Shown here one piece after another: positions 33,375-45,927 of a stretch of 64,000 bases of DNA; within the stretch, counting starts at the first letter, position 1; the number at the start of each line of letters is the position of its first letter. The stretch covers positions 467,262-531,261 of the forward strand of contig NW_024055490.1 in the NCBI RefSeq assembly GCF_902713615.1, read 5' to 3'. A program made the translations under genes and the position numbers. The notes under the pieces are model-generated. The model was not told the DNA's origin. It saw only the letters and a list, made by a program, of their open reading frames with translations, and did no database searches. The stretch comes from Scyliorhinus canicula (taxonomy: Eukaryota).

Positions 33375-35045
33375 AGCCCAGCCTGACCCTCCCACTCCAG
33401 TCCAGCCTGACACTCCCACTGAAGTCCAGCCTGACACTCCCGCTCCAGTCCAGCCTGACCCTCCCACTCCAGCCTGACCCTCTCACTCTAGTCCAGCCTG
33501 CCCCTCCCACTCCAATCCAGCCTGACCCTTCCACTCCAGTCCAGCCTGACCCTCCCACTCCAGTCCAGCCTGACCCCCCACTCCAGTCCAGCCTGACACT
33601 CCCACTCCAATCCAGCCTGCCCCTCCCACTCCAATCCAGCCTGACCCTCCCACTCCAGTCCAGCCTGACCCCCCACTCCAGTCCAGCCTGCCCCTCCCAC
33701 TCCAGTCCAGCCTGACCCTCCCACTCCAGTCCAGCCTGACCCCCCCCCGCTCCAATCCAGCCTGCCCCTCCCACTCCAATCCAGCCTGACCCTCCCACTC
33801 CAGTCCAGCCTGACCCCCCCCACTCCAATCCAGCCTGCCCCTCGCACTCCAATCCAGCCTGACCCTCCCACTCCAGTCCAGCCTGACCCTCCCCCACTCC
33901 AATCCAGCCTGACCCTCCCACTCCAATCCAGCCTGACCCTCCCACTCCAGTCCAGCCTGACCCCCCCCCCCCCCACTCCAATCCAGCCTGCCCCTCCCAC
34001 TCCAGTCCAGCCTAAACCATCCACTCCAATCCAGCCTGACCCTCCCACTCCAGTCCAGCCTGACCCCCCCCCCCCCACTCCAGTCCAGCCTGACCCTCCC
34101 AATCCAGTCCAGCCTGTCCCTCCCACTCCAACCCAGCCTGACCCTCCCACTCCAATCCAGCCTGACCCCCCCCCCCCCCCCACTCCAATCCAGCCTGACC
34201 CTCCCACTCCAACCCAGCCGGACCCCCCCCCCCCCACTCAACTCCAGCCTGACCCTCCATCTCCAGTCCAGCCTGACCCTCCCACTCCAGTCCAGCCTGA
34301 CCCTCCCACTCCAACCCAGCCTGACCCTCCCACTCCAGTCCAGCCCGACCCACCCGCACCAACCCAGCCTGACCCCCCTCCCACTCCAGTCCAGCCTGAC
34401 CCTCCCTCTCCAGACCAGCATGACCCACCCACTCCAGTCCAGCCTGACCCCCCACTCCAGTCCAGCCTGACTCTCCCACTCCAGTCCAGCCTGACCCCCC
34501 ACTCCAGTCCAGCCTGACCCTCCCACTCCAGTCCAGCCTGACCCTCCCACTCCAGTCCAGCCTGACACCCACTCGAGTCCAGCCTGACCCTCCCACTCCA
34601 GTCCAGCCTGACCCCCCCCCCCCACTCCAGTCCAGCCTGACCCTCCCTCTCCAGTCCAGCCTGACCCTCCCACTCCAGTCCAGCCAGACCCTCCCACTCC
34701 AGTCCAGCCAGACCCTCCCACTCCAGTCCAGCCTGACCCTCCCACTCCAGTCCAGCCTGACCCTCCCACTCCAGTCCAGCCTGACCCTCCCACTCCAGTC
34801 CAGCCTGACCCTCCCATTCCATTCCAGCCTGACCCTCCCACTCCAGTCCAGCCTGACCCTCCCACTCCAGCCTGACCCTCCCACTCCAGTCCAGCCTGAC
34901 CCTCCCTCTCCAGTCCAGCCTGACCCTGCCTCTCCAGTCCAGCCTGACCCTCCCACTCCAGTCCAGCCTGGCCCTCCCACTCCAGTCCAGTCTGACCCTC
35001 CCTCTCCAATGCAGCCGGGCCCTCCCATTTCATTCCAGCCTGACC
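33375..35045. repeat. 24-bp minisatellite (CCCTCCCACTCCAGTCCAGCCTGA)n, roughly 70 copies
   Basis: 8-aa periodic translations (GVGGSGWT, EWEGQAGL); variable poly-C tracts. Confidence 0.97.
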
Positions 35046-35908
35046 CTCCGCCGTCCGATCCCACTCGACACCTGAGCCTCCCATTCCCTCCTCTTTGTTC
35101 CTTCGGATGCCCCCTGGTCTGACCCGGCCCCATCTTGTGATCCGACGCACGTCCGGTCTGAGCAAACCCCCTCCCTTGCTGTTCGATCACGGCGCCCCCC
35201 CCCCCCACCCCCGTCCCCGTCCGATACCCCACCTTGTCTGTCCCACCTGCCTTTTTAATTGTCCCTTGAAACACTTCCCTTCCGCCTGGTAGTGCCGCAA
35301 AAATCGGTGCTTCTTACCTCGCTGCACCTCAGCTGCCCCACACTGGACAGAGATAGTCAGCTTCTTGATTAATAAGGGAGCCAGGGTAATGCGGAGAAGG
35401 CAGGAGATTGGGTATGAGAAGAACATCAGCTGTGTTTGACCGGCGGAGCAAACGTGATGGGCCAAATGGCCTCATTCTGCCCCAATGTCTTATGGCCTTA
35501 GGTTCCAGAAATGGGACAGGTATTTTTAAGCGCACGTTGTAGTGATTGTAGCTGCCACCAGAGGGCAGTGGGAGACTGGGTGAGTATCTTTAGTGAAGAA
35601 AATGTGATGGAGGGAGCCAATGCGGAAACAGAAACATTATTTTAACACTCATATGAAACTTGAATCTTTAAAAAAGTTATTTATTGTCATGTGTTTTCAC
35701 TGCTGCTATTACTGTTGGGATGTTACAAATGTCCGATAGAGAGACGAGTTCGCATTTGACGGGTTCAAATTGGAAAATGATATAAGGACTCTCATCAGGA
35801 TCTTCGTCTTCTCAAACCGACTGGTCAGATTTGCAGGAAGAGTAGGTGAGCAAAAGGCACCGCTATCGTTGGACAGCAGACATGAAGGTGAGAATTAGTC
35901 TCTGAGCT

Positions 35909-35983
35909 GTTTCTGTAGTGTAGTGGTTATCACATTCGCCTAACCCACGTGAAAGGTCCCCGCTTCGAAACCCGGCAGAAACA
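35909..35983 (+). pseudogene. tRNA-Val(AAC) pseudogene
   Basis: Val body with 2-nt insertion in the anticodon loop and two T-stem mismatches. Confidence 0.82.
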
Positions 35984-36001
35984 TCAAGTTCTTCACATTT
36001 A

Positions 36002-36180
36002 GGGGCTGGTTTAGCACACTGGGCTAAATCGCTGGCTTTTAAAGGAGACCAAGGCAGGCCAGCAGCACAGTTCAATTCCCGTACCAGCCTCCCCGAACAG
36101 GCCCCGGAATGTGGCGACTGGGGCTTTTCACAGTGACTTCATTTGAAGCCTACTTTGAAGCGATTTTCATTTATTTTTTT
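36002..36180 (+). mobile_element. Short SINE (GGGGCTGGTTTAGC family)
   Basis: tRNA-like head GGGGCTGGTTTAGCACACTGGGCTAAATCGCTGG..AGTTCAATTCCC. Confidence 0.82.
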
Positions 36181-36548
36181 CATCTCCCGCAATAACATAG
36201 CTGTAACAGGAAGGAGGGAATACATGTTCTCATTCGTTACTTTTTCGTGAACTGCAACTTGTCGGCAGTTCAAGTGAATAATTGCACCGTGTCCTTACCA
36301 GTATCCACCGCCAGAGAGCAGAGTGATGTATGAAAAGTATTTAAGGTGGGAGGACAGGTGCGTGTTCAGAGGCAGTGCAAGCTGGTGTCAGTGTGAAACG
36401 TGGAGACTGGGTGGTTAAACCCTAAGAAATGCTCAGCTCATTTATTTAGTTCAACAGAAACACGTCGCTGAGCTCCCGGTTAATTTTTCAGAATATAGTT
36501 TTCACCTCCCGGTTCTGAGCCGAGCTCGGTATTGCGTGTGAACTGATA

Positions 36549-36881
36549 ATGCTTCGGGTTCACACAGGCATTTTGCTGTGTTTCACGCTGATCTGCACGG
36601 TGGTGAGCGGAGAAGATGAGGTGCAGCAGCTCCCTGGGTGGATGGTTGTTAGTGAAACGGGTAATGTGTCCATGAACTGCACCAGCAGCAATGCATTTAA
36701 CATCGTACGCTGGTACAGACAGTACCCGAACCAGGCACCCCAGCATCTGGTGATGGCCACAAGAGGAACCGATCAACACGGGAGGATTACAGCTTCAATC
36801 GGTGGAGACAACAAGCTCAGTATCCTGACTGTGAGAGAGGCGCATGTTACAGACGCTGCCACCTATCTCTGTGCCGTGAGG
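36549..36881 (+). CDS. Intronless leader-V TCR gene, apparently functional (V-h)
   Basis: MLRVHTGILLCFTLICTVVSG continuous with EDEVQQ..C..WYRQYPNQAP..DAATYLCAVR; RSS 36882-36920 CACAGTG-23-ACAAAAACC (perfect). Confidence 0.9.
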
Positions 36882-38039
36882 CACAGTGTAACTAACAGAG
36901 GGAGACCCCATACAAAAACCTGCACCGTCTTACAAAGCCGCTTCACTGTGGCTGCAATATCGGCGTTTCATGAAGCGGGGTGTTGTATTCCATGGGAAGC
37001 GGGAATGAGAACAACACGTAAATAGAAGCGGAAGAGTTAAAGAGGGAGAAATATGAAGAGAGTTGGAAATATAGTCGAAGAATGGAAAGTGTTAACATAT
37101 TAACGGAATGAGTGAAAGAACAGCACGGAACATTCTGTAACAATGAAAAGTGAAGTGGAAAAAAGTGAAAAATAACGATTGTGATGCATAGAGTTAACGA
37201 TCAGTTAAAATCATAAATGAAGTGACTCAGAAATAATGTAAAACGGCCTTAACATCATTCAACCTTCCTTGATAATTCGACATTTTATGGTTTGAAAAGC
37301 GGCTTCTGAAGGAGTGCCATTGGATATTGCTCTATAAGTAAATTTCCACCCATTCCACCATTCTGCCCATGTAAATCCTCCCACTGGGAACCCCGCCAGA
37401 GGGCGAGGTGGTCCCAAAGTATTTCCTGTTATCAACGTCAAACTATCGACAAAGGACTCGCGGTAACGCTGCGAGCTGCCGTCCTGACAACAGCTTGTTC
37501 AAACTCTGATACACATTTTCTGCCCTGTGATAGTGGAGATCTTTCCCAGTTTGTTATTGCTGCCTCAGCTGGGGTCCCGGGATCTGTATTTCTGTAACCT
37601 TTTCCTGAAATCCACAACGAACATCAAACTGGATTGTTTTTCTGTTTGTCAGGGTGTGGTGAGTACGAGGGCTTCGAATGTTTACAATTTAGATAAATGA
37701 CTTGGAAGTAATAGTTGCTCAATCTGCTGACCACAGAGAGAGATGTAGGAAAGTAAATGTTGAAGAGGACCTTAGGGGCCTATAAAAGGGCATGGATAGG
37801 GTAAGTGAATGGACAAAGATCTGGCAAACAGAATATAATGTGGAAAATATGAAATTATTAATTTTGGGAGGTAGACACACAGAGAAGCTGATTATCTGAG
37901 GAATTGCAGTGGGCTGAGAGTCAGAGGGATCTGGGTTTCCGAGTGCATGAATGACAAACGCCAGTTTACAGGTGTAGCAAATAATGAGAATATTGTTGTT
38001 CATTGTGAGGTGAATTCATCACAAAAACATGGAGGTTAT

Positions 38040-38378
38040 GCAGCACGGTAGCATGGTGGTTAGCATAAATGCTTCACAGCTCCAGGGTCCCAGGTTCGAT
38101 TCCCGGCTGGGTCACTGTCTGTGTGGAGTCTGCACGTCCTCCCGTGTGTGCGTGGGTTTCCTCCGGGTGCTCCGGTTTCCTCCCACAGTCCAAAGATATG
38201 CGGGTTAGGTGGATTGGCCATGCTAAATTGCCCATAGTGTCCTAAAAAGTAAGGTTAAGGGGGTGGTTGTTGGGTTACGGGTATAGTGTGGATACGTGGG
38301 TTTGAGTAGGGTGATCATTGCTCGGCACAACATTGAGGGCCGAAGGGCCTGTTCTGTGCTGTACTGTTCTATGTTCTA
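38040..38378 (+). mobile_element. HE1-like V-SINE inserted in a CR1 fragment (37740-38039), GTTAT TSD
   Basis: Full-length paralog of 1362-1695; GTTAT at 38035-38039 and 38379-38383. Confidence 0.88.
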
Positions 38379-38567
38379 GTTATAGAGGGTATGAGTGGGA
38401 TCACATCTGGGATACTGTGCAGTAGGGCGCGATTTGTTACAGTTTTCTAATGGTCTCCTACTGTGACTGTCACCGTGGAGGCTGGATTGCTGTTTCTTTG
38501 CTGAGCACTAACTGGAACCCTGACTGTTGGGTTTTTGTACGGGACCCGCTATATCTGTAGCAGTGTG

Positions 38568-39069
38568 GGCTGCAAGGCACAAAGATACAGTGCGCGATCA
38601 GACATCAGCGTGTTGCCTATCATTAGCTCGCTAATCTTGGCAGTTTTATTTAAGGTAGCTGAAACACGATCGGTGATATCAGGGTGTCTGTAAATGTTCT
38701 TCCCCAGAACACGAAGAATGTATTGTGGAGCCTTCCCGGGACTCTGACTGTACCAGTACACATACGGGTTAGAAGTGCTTGTCTTCAAATTGCAGGTTAG
38801 TGTGACATTACTTTCTTCTTCAATCTTTACTTCAGCATCCGGCTGCTCCACTGTGTCCTGGTGGCTCCAATCTGACGTAAAAATTAGATTAAGAGCAACA
38901 ATCAATATCAGCTTCAAATTGATCAACTTAATCTTCAACATCACTATTGTTTTCACCAACAATAACGTCAGGATTAGAGCAGCCAGGAGGAGAATGGAGT
39001 TTTACTGGGAAGGAAATACTTACTGAGAAGTGAGATAATGATGAGCATCTGACCGAGCCGGTTCTCCAT
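38568..39069 (-). CDS. TCR V gene, family 2, apparently functional (V-i)
   Basis: Leader 39024-39069 MENRLGQMLIIISLL; V exon 38568-38871 WSHQDTVEQ..C..WYSQSPGKAP..DRALYLCALQP; RSS 38530-38567 CACACTG-22-ACAAAAACC. Confidence 0.92.
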
Positions 39070-39627
39070 CATCCTTCCTGAGTCTGGAACTCTGCAGTGA
39101 GAGGAATCCTCTGTCAGAGGCAAAAATACCGATCCCCGTCACACTACACTGCTGATCCAGCCAATGGCAGCGACAGCAACTTCTCCACTGACACAATTGT
39201 GTCAGAGCGAAAGCAGCAACCGCAAGCTGTGGGCGGGGATACCGCAGACTCAGAGTGAGGCTTGTGCTGACTCTCAGCTGCACTCGGAGCGGAAATAGGA
39301 AGGGATGAATCTGCAGAAGACTGTGACCATCCTGCACCAGCTCACTGTTCAAACCACTGAGAAGAAATCGAACGGGAGGGACATGAAGCCCATTTAAACA
39401 CGGCTTCTGACACTAGACACTGTGTCACTGGATCTGCAAATAGTCTGCCTGTCAATGTAGAGCATCAAAAGAGCAGAAGGATAAATACATCTGCTAATGT
39501 TTGTTCTTCGTGGGCCTGGGATGAAATTAACCCGGCTGATGGAGGTAAACCTCTATTAACTGTATGAGTGTGCGTAAATTCTCATCAATCTGTTAAACTG
39601 TACTGATGAGTATAATTTAGTACTTAT

Positions 39628-39862
39628 TGCGCAAGAGCACCGCCAGTATTATGAGAAACGTGTCTGATTGAATCGCTCAGTGAATGGGAATGAAATGAGT
39701 CAGATTTTTGGAAGGGGAGAGGGAACCGGGTTCTGTTCAGCTCATTGTTCCGCCCACACACAGCAGGGGGCCAGGCCCATTGTGACATCACTGAGGTTAC
39801 CTCTGTTGTTGGTTTTTTGTGACTTTCCAATCATCATGCTTGGGCTTTGCGCCCTCTGCTGG
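39628..39862 (-). pseudogene. Orphan family-1 V leader and promoter (no V exon)
   Basis: ACG TTT CTC ATA ATA CTG GCG GTG CTC TTG CGC A|ATAAGT (start codon and donor both mutated); TGACATCA 39783-39790; CTCF-like 39849-39862. Confidence 0.75.
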
Positions 39863-40164
39863 TGGATTATGTCCAATCCGGTTCCGAATGGGGGTTACTG
39901 GATGGACTTAAGGTTTATAATATAGTAATCTTTATCGTCACAAGTAGGCTTACATTAACACTGTAATTATTGATTTGTTTGTCAGAACATCAATGTCAGG
40001 AATGGGAATTGACTATTTAAATCTGGATCCTGCTCATTATTTATTTCTCTGACCCAGGTCCAATCCATTGCACTGGGGGTCCGGTCGCACCTATCCCAGA
40101 TCTCGAACAGGAATCCAGTGCGTTCTGGATTTCCAGTCCCATGAGCCAGCCCCAACCGTCATTC

Positions 40165-40607
40165 GCAGACAACATGAAAACGGCTGGTGTGCTAAATAGC
40201 GAGGAGGAAAGGTTTAGATTGCAGGATGATATAGACGGAGGGGCCAGATGGCCAGAACAGTGGCAAATGGAATTTCACCTTGAAAAGGGTGAGATGATGC
40301 ATTTTGGGAGAACTAACAATGCAAGAAAATACACAATGGACGGCAGGACGCCAAGAAGTATAGAAGCAAGGGGGAAGCTTGGGGTTCATGTCCGTAGATC
40401 CCCGAAGGCAACAGGACAAGGACTTAAGGTGGTGAAGATGACATATGGGATGCTTGTCTTTATTAGCCGACGCATGGAATATAAGACTCGGGAGGTTATT
40501 ATGGAGCTGTATAAAACGCTGGTTAGCCCGCAGCTGGCGTATTTTGTGCACATCTGGTCGTCACATTATGGGAATGATGCGATTGCACCAGAGAGGTGCA
40601 GAGGAGA
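40165..40607 (+). mobile_element. CR1 LINE RT C-terminal fragment
   Basis: RLQDDID..WQMEFHLEK..MHFGR..MELYKTLVSPQL. Confidence 0.85.
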
Positions 40608-41474
40608 TTAATGAGACAACGTATATTTAAGAAACTCATTGGATATGCACTAAGTGCTTGGAGGTGATTCTGAGAGATGCGAGAAGGTCATGTTCTATGA
40701 ATATTTATTTTTTCCTTTCGATTAGTGTTATTTTAGCAGTGTCATGATAAAATAAATCAACCTACAGCGTGATTTAATGGGGAAAAAAGTGTCGTTTGGG
40801 GCGCAATTGGCAGAATGTTTCTCAATGGCCGCATTGGCAAGATCGCAGCCCGTATTTAAGGGCACTCGGTGTTGGAAAGTAGCCCCCATCAGCTTCTCAC
40901 CATTACTGGCTGCCACGTCGTCAGATTCGCTGGATCGCACCTCATCTAAGGAGGGGAGCGGGCTACTCTTAAATCCTCCCTCACCATTCACTGCAGTCAA
41001 CACACAAGCATGGCAATATGCAGAACTGCCCCTCGCTTTGGCGATGCCTACCTGGCCAAGCTTCTCGATGTTGTGGATGCATGAGATGGGACATCCTGTT
41101 CCGGGGGGGGGGCGGGGGGTCAGAGGGCCAGCAGCAGAGGCACCAATACCACCTGGGAGGAAGTGATAACGACTGTCACTGGGACAGCATGGCAAGGGGG
41201 ACCGTCGTCCAATGTAGGAAAAAGACCAATGACCTCCAGTGACCTGCAAGGGTAAGTTACCACCTCCCTCTTGGCATCAGGTCCGCCTGCCACCCCTCAA
41301 ATCCAACCCCCCCCCCACCCCCAACACATGGCTGGCTGACACCTTGCACGCACTGGTCTTTGTGCTTGCTCCTCAGAGCTCACTGGCACTTAGCATCACA
41401 ACCCCTTGATGTCCAGGTGAGGTGCCCACACATACCATCTGCTATAGAACTCCCCCCCCCCCCCATCCCCGAGG

Positions 41475-42030
41475 CATGGAATATTAGAGTAGGGACGTTG
41501 TTTGGAGCTGTGTAGAATGCTGGTTAGCCCGCAGCTGGAGTATTTTCTGCACATCTGGTCACCACATTATGGGAAGAATGTGATTGCACCAGAGAAGGTG
41601 CAGAGGAGATTAATCAGGAAGTTTTCTGGGCAGCAGTGTTTCAGTTGTGAAGAGAGGTTGAATAGGCTGGGATTATTGCCCTTAACGCAGAGAATGTTGC
41701 GGAGGATCTGATCGTGGTGTTCAAAATTCTGAAGAACATAGATAGGAAGAAACTTTTCCCCTCAGTAGAGCGGGCAATAACCAGGGGGCATAGATCTAAG
41801 GTAAGGGATAGGCATTTGGAAGGGATTTAAGCGTAGTTAGAACCTGGAACACACTGTCTGTGTTCCAGAGACGGGAACACTCACAACACTTAAGAAGCGT
41901 TGAGATGAGGACTTGAAACGCCATCACATACAAAGCTACGGACCAAGTGCGAGGAAATTGCTTTAGACTAGATGGATACTTGATGGTCGGAGCAAACACA
42001 ATGGGCCAAAGGGCCTGTTTTTTGCTGTAA
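41475..42030 (+). mobile_element. CR1 LINE 3' fragment
   Basis: MELCRMLVSPQLEYFLHIWSP..CEERLNRLGL; CR1-type 3' UTR. Confidence 0.8.
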
Positions 42031-42809
42031 AACTCGACGACAAAGGGGCCTGAGGCAGGGAAACTGATGATGGCGCCACACGGCCGCCTCTCCTTAGTTG
42101 AAAGAAAGTGAAGGAGAGACTGAACGGAGTTGCTGAAATGTAAGTGGGTTGTTAATGAAGATCACACGGAGCTGTTTCCTCGAGCAGATCCTTAGATAAT
42201 ACAACCATTGATGAGAAATAAAGACCAGGGCAATTCCGTCTATTATCGACACTGCGATGTATTAAACTATAGAGGGCGGATCTAAATAAAGGCAGAAGAA
42301 GATTCAACAGTAACTTTAAGAAGTAATTAAACAAATGTAACGGGAATAACTGGGGTATGTAGAAAATGCTGTTTTTGAAAGAAGAATAAGATAATGATTT
42401 CAAAGTGTCTCGGGCAGAATAGATCGTGTGGCCTCCTCGCTGACTAGAGGATTCTAGATTCTAGTCCATTCATCTCCCTCCCGATCTATTTCTTCTCAGT
42501 GACTTGCACGATGAGCAGGTGCAGGATGGTTACGGTGTAGGGAAGATTCAACCGTCGCTATTTCCGCTCCATCAATTCCGAGTGCAGCTGAGAGTCACCG
42601 CACACTTCACTCAATATTCAGACTGCGGTATCCCCGCCCACAGCTTCCGGTTGCTGCTCTCACTCTGACCCAATTGTGTTACTGGAGAGGTTGCTGCTGC
42701 CTGTTCATTCCTCTCATTGGTCGGATCAGCAATGCAGTGTGACGGGGATCTGTATTTCTGTCTCTGACAGGTGGTTTCTCTCATCATAGAGTTACAAACT
42801 CAAAGTATC

Positions 42810-43312
42810 ATGAGCAACCGTCTCGCTTCGCTCCTCATCATTATCGCACTTCTCAGTAAGTATTTCCATCCCAGTAACACTCCATTCCCTTCCTGAGTGT
42901 TGTAACCCAAATGTTATTTTCGGTAAAATGACAGATTGTTTTGCTGATTATTTTATTGCTTAATATGAGGCTGACTCTGATTGTCATTATCGCTGTTGCT
43001 TCTATTAGAATGGAGCCAGCAGGACACAGTGGACCAAAAGGAAACTGAAATAACGGTTAAAGAGGAAAGTGAAGTCACATTAACCTGCACCTTGGAAACA
43101 AGCGATCCTAACCCTTTTGTGTACTGGTACAGTCAGCAGCCCGGGAAAGCTCCAAGCTACATGCTTCGAATTATTGGGCTGACTGTGCAAAGGAACACCG
43201 AAGTCAGCGATCGGTTTTCTTCTATGTTTGATAAAAAGAACAAGACTACCGAGCTAACGATCAGTAACACAATGATCTCCGACAGCGCCGTGTATATCTG
43301 TGCCATGCAGCC
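42810..43312 (+). CDS. TCR V gene, family 2, apparently functional (V-k)
   Basis: Leader 42810-42855 MSNRLASLLIIIALL; V exon 43009-43312 WSQQDTVDQ..C..WYSQQPGKAP..DSAVYICAMQP; RSS 43313-43350 CACACTG-22-ACAAAAACA. Confidence 0.92.
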
Positions 43313-45169
43313 CACACTGCCGGAGATATGGTGGACCCCGTACAAAAACACCACACTGGCAGTTCCAGCTGCTGATCAGCAGGAGGCGCCCCCCCCCCCC
43401 CATATTGTTCCCTTTCCATAGTGAGCGTAGCAATGTCGTAGTCAATATTTTCCCGCTTCTGGACTGTGATAGAAAAATTCAAACATGATTCATTAGGTAA
43501 GCAAAACTAAGCTTTATTTACGGACTACAACTGCTAGCAGTATGGCTGAGACTTGAAGTCGGAAGGCAGTCAAGTACAAACTGCTGGTTCCCTTCCAAGT
43601 CTGCAATATCACAAAAGAATAAGACGATTTTTATACATTATAGGATCAAGATAACATGAATACAGCTTGGTCAGGAATTTGATCAAAAGTAAAACATAAG
43701 TAATAATCATTACAATGGCGTCACCTTGCTGACCTTTAGAGGACTCGAGGTCTCACGTCATTATCTTGTCTTTGTTTTAAGAGATGGAGCGAATTTATTT
43801 AAGTACAGAAAGAGACCGTTTTTTAGCTTATTGTATGTATTTAGACTGCTCTGGTCTCATGACGAACGTGCCTTATCCGAGTTTAGAGTCAGCCAGTTCT
43901 CAGGTCAAGTTGACCTTGGCTGCTTGTATTTGTGCCTTAGGTTATGTGAAGTCAGTTTAAATTCAATTGTACCAATAACATGACTAGTTTTCCCATCATG
44001 CCATTATTTGCTTCGCACAATACCACAGCAACAATTGTAACAAAACTCAACTCTCAGAAACATAAATAGTGACATCCACCTGCACAGTTATACCAGTTTA
44101 TGTTTACAACTCGCATTCATAACAGATATTGTATTGATGAATCGATCTGCGATACCTTAACTCCTGTTTCTTGTTCATATCCTGGTGTACAGACTCACTC
44201 ATTCAGTAAACTATACAGACTCCCTCACTCAGTAAACTATACAGGCTCCCTCACTCAGAAACCTATCAGGTCACACTGAGTGACAATAAATGCAGCAACT
44301 TATATCACTCTCGAGGTTTTCACACGGTAAAATCTCCCAAGGGGTGTCACAGGAACTATGGACTTATTCGGTCATATGATCATAAGTTTGGTCAAAGAGT
44401 TTGGTTGTAAGGAGAATTTCAAAGGAACAATGACTGTCCTTCCTATGAGGGACATAGATGGGAAGAAACGTTTCACCTTAGTAGATAACCAATGGGCGTC
44501 GATTAAAGATAAGTAGTTTAAGATTTCGAGGGGATTTGAGGAAAAACGTTGTCATCCAGCCGGTGGTGGGAATCGGGAACTAACTGCCTTCACCTCCGAC
44601 TTTAATCACTGCATCATCGCTGGCCGTGCCTTCAGCTGCCTCGACACAAAGCTCTGAAATTTCCTCGCTAGACGTTTTCGCCTTTCCACTTAAAGTCAAA
44701 GAGCCATATGGCTTTACAGCTCAGAAAGAGGCCCTCCGGCCCAGTGTGCATGCGCTGGCCATCAAGCACCTTTCTATCCTAATTCAATTATCCAGCAGTT
44801 GACCCATAGCCTTGTATGCTCTGGCGTTTGAAGTGCTTATTGAAATGCTTCTTAAATGTTATGAGCCTTCCCGCCTCTACCACTCCTTCACGCAGTGAGT
44901 TCCAGATTCCCATCACCCTCTGGGTAAAATTGTTTCCTCAAATCTCCACTAAATCCTGCCCCTTAACTTAAATCTCTGCACCCTGGTTATTGACCCATCT
45001 ACTAAGTTCCCTCCTATCTACCCTATCTATGCCCCTCATCATTTTCTTACATAAATATCAACATTAAGGAAGACGGTGTCTAAAAAGCTGCAATTTAGAT
45101 TTTTGAGACACATTTGTGGCTCCGTATGTATTTCGGTAAATCCTTAATCAACTCAACATCCGAATTCTC

Positions 45170-45208
45170 AGCTTTGACAAAGAGTCACTCAGACTCGAAA
45201 CGTTAGCT
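45170..45208 (+). ncRNA. Minimal hammerhead motif, family A (U3:A8), in a solo pLTR
   Basis: AGCU UUGACAA A GAGUC-ACUCA-GACUC GAAA CGUU AGCU. Confidence 0.7.
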
Positions 45209-45927
45209 CCCTTCTCCCTCCACAGATGCTGCCAGACCTGCTGAGATTGTCCAGGTTTTCAGATTCCAGCAATAATCTGCTTTTATTTACATTATCGATC
45301 GGCAAGTCGATTTGTATTCAAGCCTAAACCCGGCATCATCTGCTCCCCATGTTACGGACTGATAATGCTAGCCGTGTTGTGAGGTGAATCTCTGCTATTG
45401 TACATTTCATGTGTTAAGTATCGCAGGAATTTTTTTTTTGGGTCATCGCGAATCGCTCTTGAGGGGGAAGTTAAGAGTCAACCCCATATCATTACTCTCG
45501 GTGTCTGCATTTCTAGTCCAGTGACAATACCACATTGCCACCGCCTCCCCCTGATCCATTCTGCATTTCGTTACATACCGGGTGTTGAGGAGTCGGTGTC
45601 CCTGGGCTCAGCTGAGTTAAGGCTTCTGGAAGAACAGTCCGTACTTTTCGGCTATACTAACTCCACATGTGAGATCTTCCCTCTGCTGCGTGGTGGATAT
45701 TCCGGGGTTAAATGTACTGTAAATATCGCAGCATGATAAGGCACAACATTCTCCAAACGGCTCCTTTGTTGATCGGCACAAGGGCGAAAGCATTAAAAAA
45801 ACCTGGTAAATACACCTGACAGAGTTCGAACAGCGGGGATCAAATTCTTTGCGCATAATGAAACTTAGTAGAGCTGTACAGACTCGCTGAAGTTCTGTAC
45901 GGTGCTCGAGCTGCTATCTACGCTGTG

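Noticed and set aside
33373-35274. Long ORFs (up to 560 aa) of GVGGSGWT/EWEGQAGL repeats
   Set aside because: Produced by a stop-free 24-bp minisatellite in several frames; no evidence of a gene
40640-41470. GC-rich segment with ORFs 40728-41249 and 40777-41166 as a gene or DNA transposon
   Set aside because: No convincing TIR pair or protein motif found by eye; probably a repeat but not supportable
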